Positions 19,311 to 20,000 of a DNA stretch of 20,000 nt are shown here, piece after piece. The stretch is from Thraustochytrium aureum (taxonomy: Eukaryota), in assembly GCA_012862495.1 (NCBI GenBank), contig BLSG01000115.1:61508-81507 (forward strand), written 5' to 3'. A program made the position numbers and the translations under genes. Every line of letters begins with the position of its first letter. The first letter of the stretch is position 1. Below the pieces are notes generated by a model. It was not told the DNA's origin and did not search any database. It saw only the letters and a list, made by a program, of their open reading frames with translations.

Positions 19311-19694
19311 GCGCATCGGTGTCTCGAACACGCTCACGCGGCGTGCGTGTTGTGTGGCGAGCGGGCGAGCGGGCGGGCGTGCGTGCGTTGGGTCGTTGCG
19401 CTGCGGTGGGTTGCGTGCTGCAGAGAGTTGCTCTGGAACGAACGAGCGCCACTTGGCGAGGAGGTTGAAAGCGCGGCAATCCACTCTGCTCGGTGTGGTC
19501 GGCCTTCCCTTCCTGGCGAAACAAGCAGCAAAGGGAAAAGGAAAGGCTCAAAACAAGCAGGCAAAACGAGCCCAAAACAAGCCCAAACCGTGTTTTTTGT
19601 TTGTTTTCAAAAACTGCTTGGCCTGCATGCTGAGTGACCCTCTCTGCATTCCGGCTCACTGCAAAGGAGAGCGCTTGTGAATGCGCGCGTGAGC

Positions 19695-20000
19695 CTAGTT
19701 GACGTTGATGCGCCGTTGGTAGCACGACGCGATGCGAGCCGGCACCATCTCGATCCAGACGTACTGCATCACGCACGTGAAGAGGATCGTGAGACCGAAC
19801 AGGCTCTGCACCCGCTCCATGGGCATGTCACCGTTGCGCATGACGCGAAACTCGCCGCCAAACAGGATCCAGCCGATCATGACGACCCAAGAGCCCTGGA
19901 GAATCAGCGCAGCCGGGCACAGGAGCTGGGCCACGCGCGCAAAGCGGCGAAAGTTCGCCAGCTCGCCGAAAACGGAAGCCAGGTACACGACAAAGAGAAA
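19695..20000 (-). CDS. C-terminal part of a multi-pass membrane protein, TMEM45/DUF716-like (5' end outside the window)
   Basis: Hydrophobic helices with LILQGSWVVMIGWILF, which resembles the TMEM45 LQGxWxxxIGxxLY motif. Stop codon at 19697-19695. Confidence 0.6.
   Translation of the reverse strand, partial: FLFVVYLASVFGELANFRRFARVAQLLCPAALILQGSWVVMIGWILFGGEFRVMRNGDMPMERVQSLFGLTILFTCVMQYVWIEMVPARIASCYQRRINVN

Overview
GC-rich, gene-dense, intron-poor eukaryotic DNA from a gapped draft assembly (six N runs, plus single-base frameshifts, mostly at short homopolymers). A protist such as a stramenopile is my inference and is not established. Genes in order: a SANBR/KIAA1841-like BTB protein (-), a small nucleus-encoded C-terminal fragment of cytochrome c oxidase subunit 1 (Cox1-c, -) hidden by a 1-nt frameshift, a doubtful short ORF (-), RPL35 (+) with a 4-nt first coding exon and a ~20-aa insertion, a membrane-anchored HGGG/GxSxG esterase (-), RACK1 (-), a 1418-aa Dispatched/Patched-type RND transporter fused through an extra TM helix to an intact Notum/pectin-acetylesterase domain (-), a frameshifted, bacterial-like, probably secreted N,N-dimethylformamidase-beta-like protein (+), and the 3' end of a TMEM45/DUF716-like gene (-). 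The Dispatched-Notum/PAE fusion is the most striking item. Cox1-c, the DMFase-like gene and telo-box-like CCCTAACCC motifs upstream of RPL35, RACK1 and Cox1-c come next. All family calls come from motif recognition by eye; no searches were run.
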